From positions 145,337 through 209,336 of the forward strand of contig JAHBUX010000001.1 in assembly GCA_019637855.1 (NCBI GenBank): a DNA stretch of 64,000 bases, read 5' to 3'. A program made the translations under genes and the position numbers. Source of the stretch: Bdellovibrionales bacterium. GTDB taxonomy: Bacteria > Bdellovibrionota > Bdellovibrionia > Bdellovibrionales > UBA1609. Below the pieces are notes generated by a model. It was not told the origin of the DNA. It made no database searches and saw nothing but the letters and a program-made list of their open reading frames with translations. Positions 63,168-64,000 of the stretch are shown in pieces. Every line of letters begins with the position of its first letter. Position 1 is the stretch's first letter.

Positions 63168-63797
63168 ATGCACCTCAGCTGCCCTTATTGTGAGCTTTCA
63201 CGTGATTATGTGATCGATTCTCGGACGATCGTCCGGCACGGCGTCTTTCGCCGGACCTCCGATTCGAAATCTATTGAACGATTTCGCTGCTTAATCTGCA
63301 AAAAGACCTTCTCCAAAGCCACTTCACATCCCTTTGTCAGACAAAAGAAACGGCAGAAAAACCCGATGATCTTTGAGCTTTTGGCCTCAGGTGTTTCACA
63401 AAGAAGGATAGCCAGGCTTTTAAGAGTGAATAGAACCACCATTGCAAGAAGGCTTATTTTTTTAGGAGAGCTATGTAGAGAAAAGCTCTTTATGGACAAT
63501 GCGGATGAACCCATCACCGAGCTTCAGTTCGATGATCTGGAAACAATAGAGCATAGCAAGTGTAAGCCGGTCAGCGTGACCTTGGCGGTTGAGGGAAAGA
63601 CCCGTAGGTTCGTAGGTTTCCGTGTGGCTTCAATGCCCGCAAAAGGTCTTCTTTCAAAGAAGGCGATTCAAAAATATGGCTACCGTAAAGACGAGCGCTC
63701 TCAGAAGAGAAAGGAGCTCTTTAAAGAGCTACAGCCACTTATTAAACCCAGCACCTTGATTAAATCAGATTCCAATCAACATTTAAAGAAGGCTTAG
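63168..63797 (+). mobile_element. IS1-like transposase gene (Zn-ribbon + HTH + partial DDE), apparently truncated
   Basis: CPYC...CLICKKTF zinc ribbon, HTH GVSQRRIARLLRVNRTTIARRL, then FDDLETIEHSK...RRFVGFRV and LIKSDSNQHL, which are like the first two acidic motifs. The ORF stops before any third (Glu) motif. Lower G+C than the flanks. Confidence 0.5.
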
Positions 63798-63970
63798 GAA
63801 AGCTAAGATCCGTTGATCAAAATGATCCCGAAGAGATCATCGCTCCGTCCAAAAACCACAGGCTGGTCAGCCAGTTCTTGCGGTGCTGGGTTCCATTTAC
63901 AACCGCCCATCTGTTTTTTGCTGTCCTTGTTCTACGCCTTTGATAGCGTTGCCTCTTCAGGAGGTCCGCA

Positions 63971-64000
63971 TGATTCGTTACGCACTGGCTCTTCTCCTTT
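63971..64000 (+). CDS. start of an exported protein gene (continues beyond the window)
   Basis: AGGAGG sits 5 nt upstream of ATG 63971. The protein begins MIRYALALLL... Confidence 0.4.

Overview
This is a 64-kb chromosomal window from a Gram-negative bacterium. Single 60-nt lines that I counted by hand give about 60% G+C in the backbone. The many secreted proteases, lipoproteins, Ig-repeat surface proteins and a TIGR02147-like protein suggest a Bdellovibrio-like predator, but that is inference only. No rRNA genes or CRISPR arrays were seen.

Backbone genes:
- a YheT-like hydrolase, YchJ and an LplT-acyltransferase fusion
- an FHA protein
- a three-gene run of an RNA m5U methyltransferase followed by a polar amino-acid ABC transporter
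- a complete leucine/isovalerate catabolic (liu) operon
- secreted papain-like and kexin-like proteases
- RNase P RNA (rnpB, minus strand, hidden under spurious plus-strand ORFs)
- a GH16-like protein and a lipase-maturation-factor homologue
- tRNA-Met(CAT)
- an OmpR/HK two-component pair, plus DJ-1/PfpI and YceI proteins
- a cluster of GT-C-fold membrane glycosyltransferase-like proteins with an acyltransferase

Most interesting regions:
1. 39989-47053 is a tightly coupled three-gene operon. It encodes a lipoprotein with 12 tandem Ig-like modules ending in a CxxCH domain, a second CxxCH protein, and a Tat-signal DUF1501/DUF1552-like protein. It looks like a rearranged version of the uncharacterised planctomycete PSCyt/PSD + DUF1501 module.
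2. 48.7-52.6 kb is a second neighbourhood of haem-motif and barrel proteins.
3. 34354-37354 is a decayed, AT-rich ~3-kb islet at the tRNA-Met 3' end. It is bounded by a 15-nt imperfect direct repeat and carries an FkbM methyltransferase, a Cys-rich secreted protein, an IS3 transposase stub, a frameshifted antitoxin and an unusual GTAGTAG hairpin element.
4. The methylcrotonyl-CoA carboxylase alpha subunit is split into separate biotin carboxylase and BCCP genes joined by an ATGA overlap.

Several small ORFs below the 60-aa cutoff of the ORF track have good ribosome-binding sites and are reported. All family assignments come from motif recognition by eye, not from database searches.
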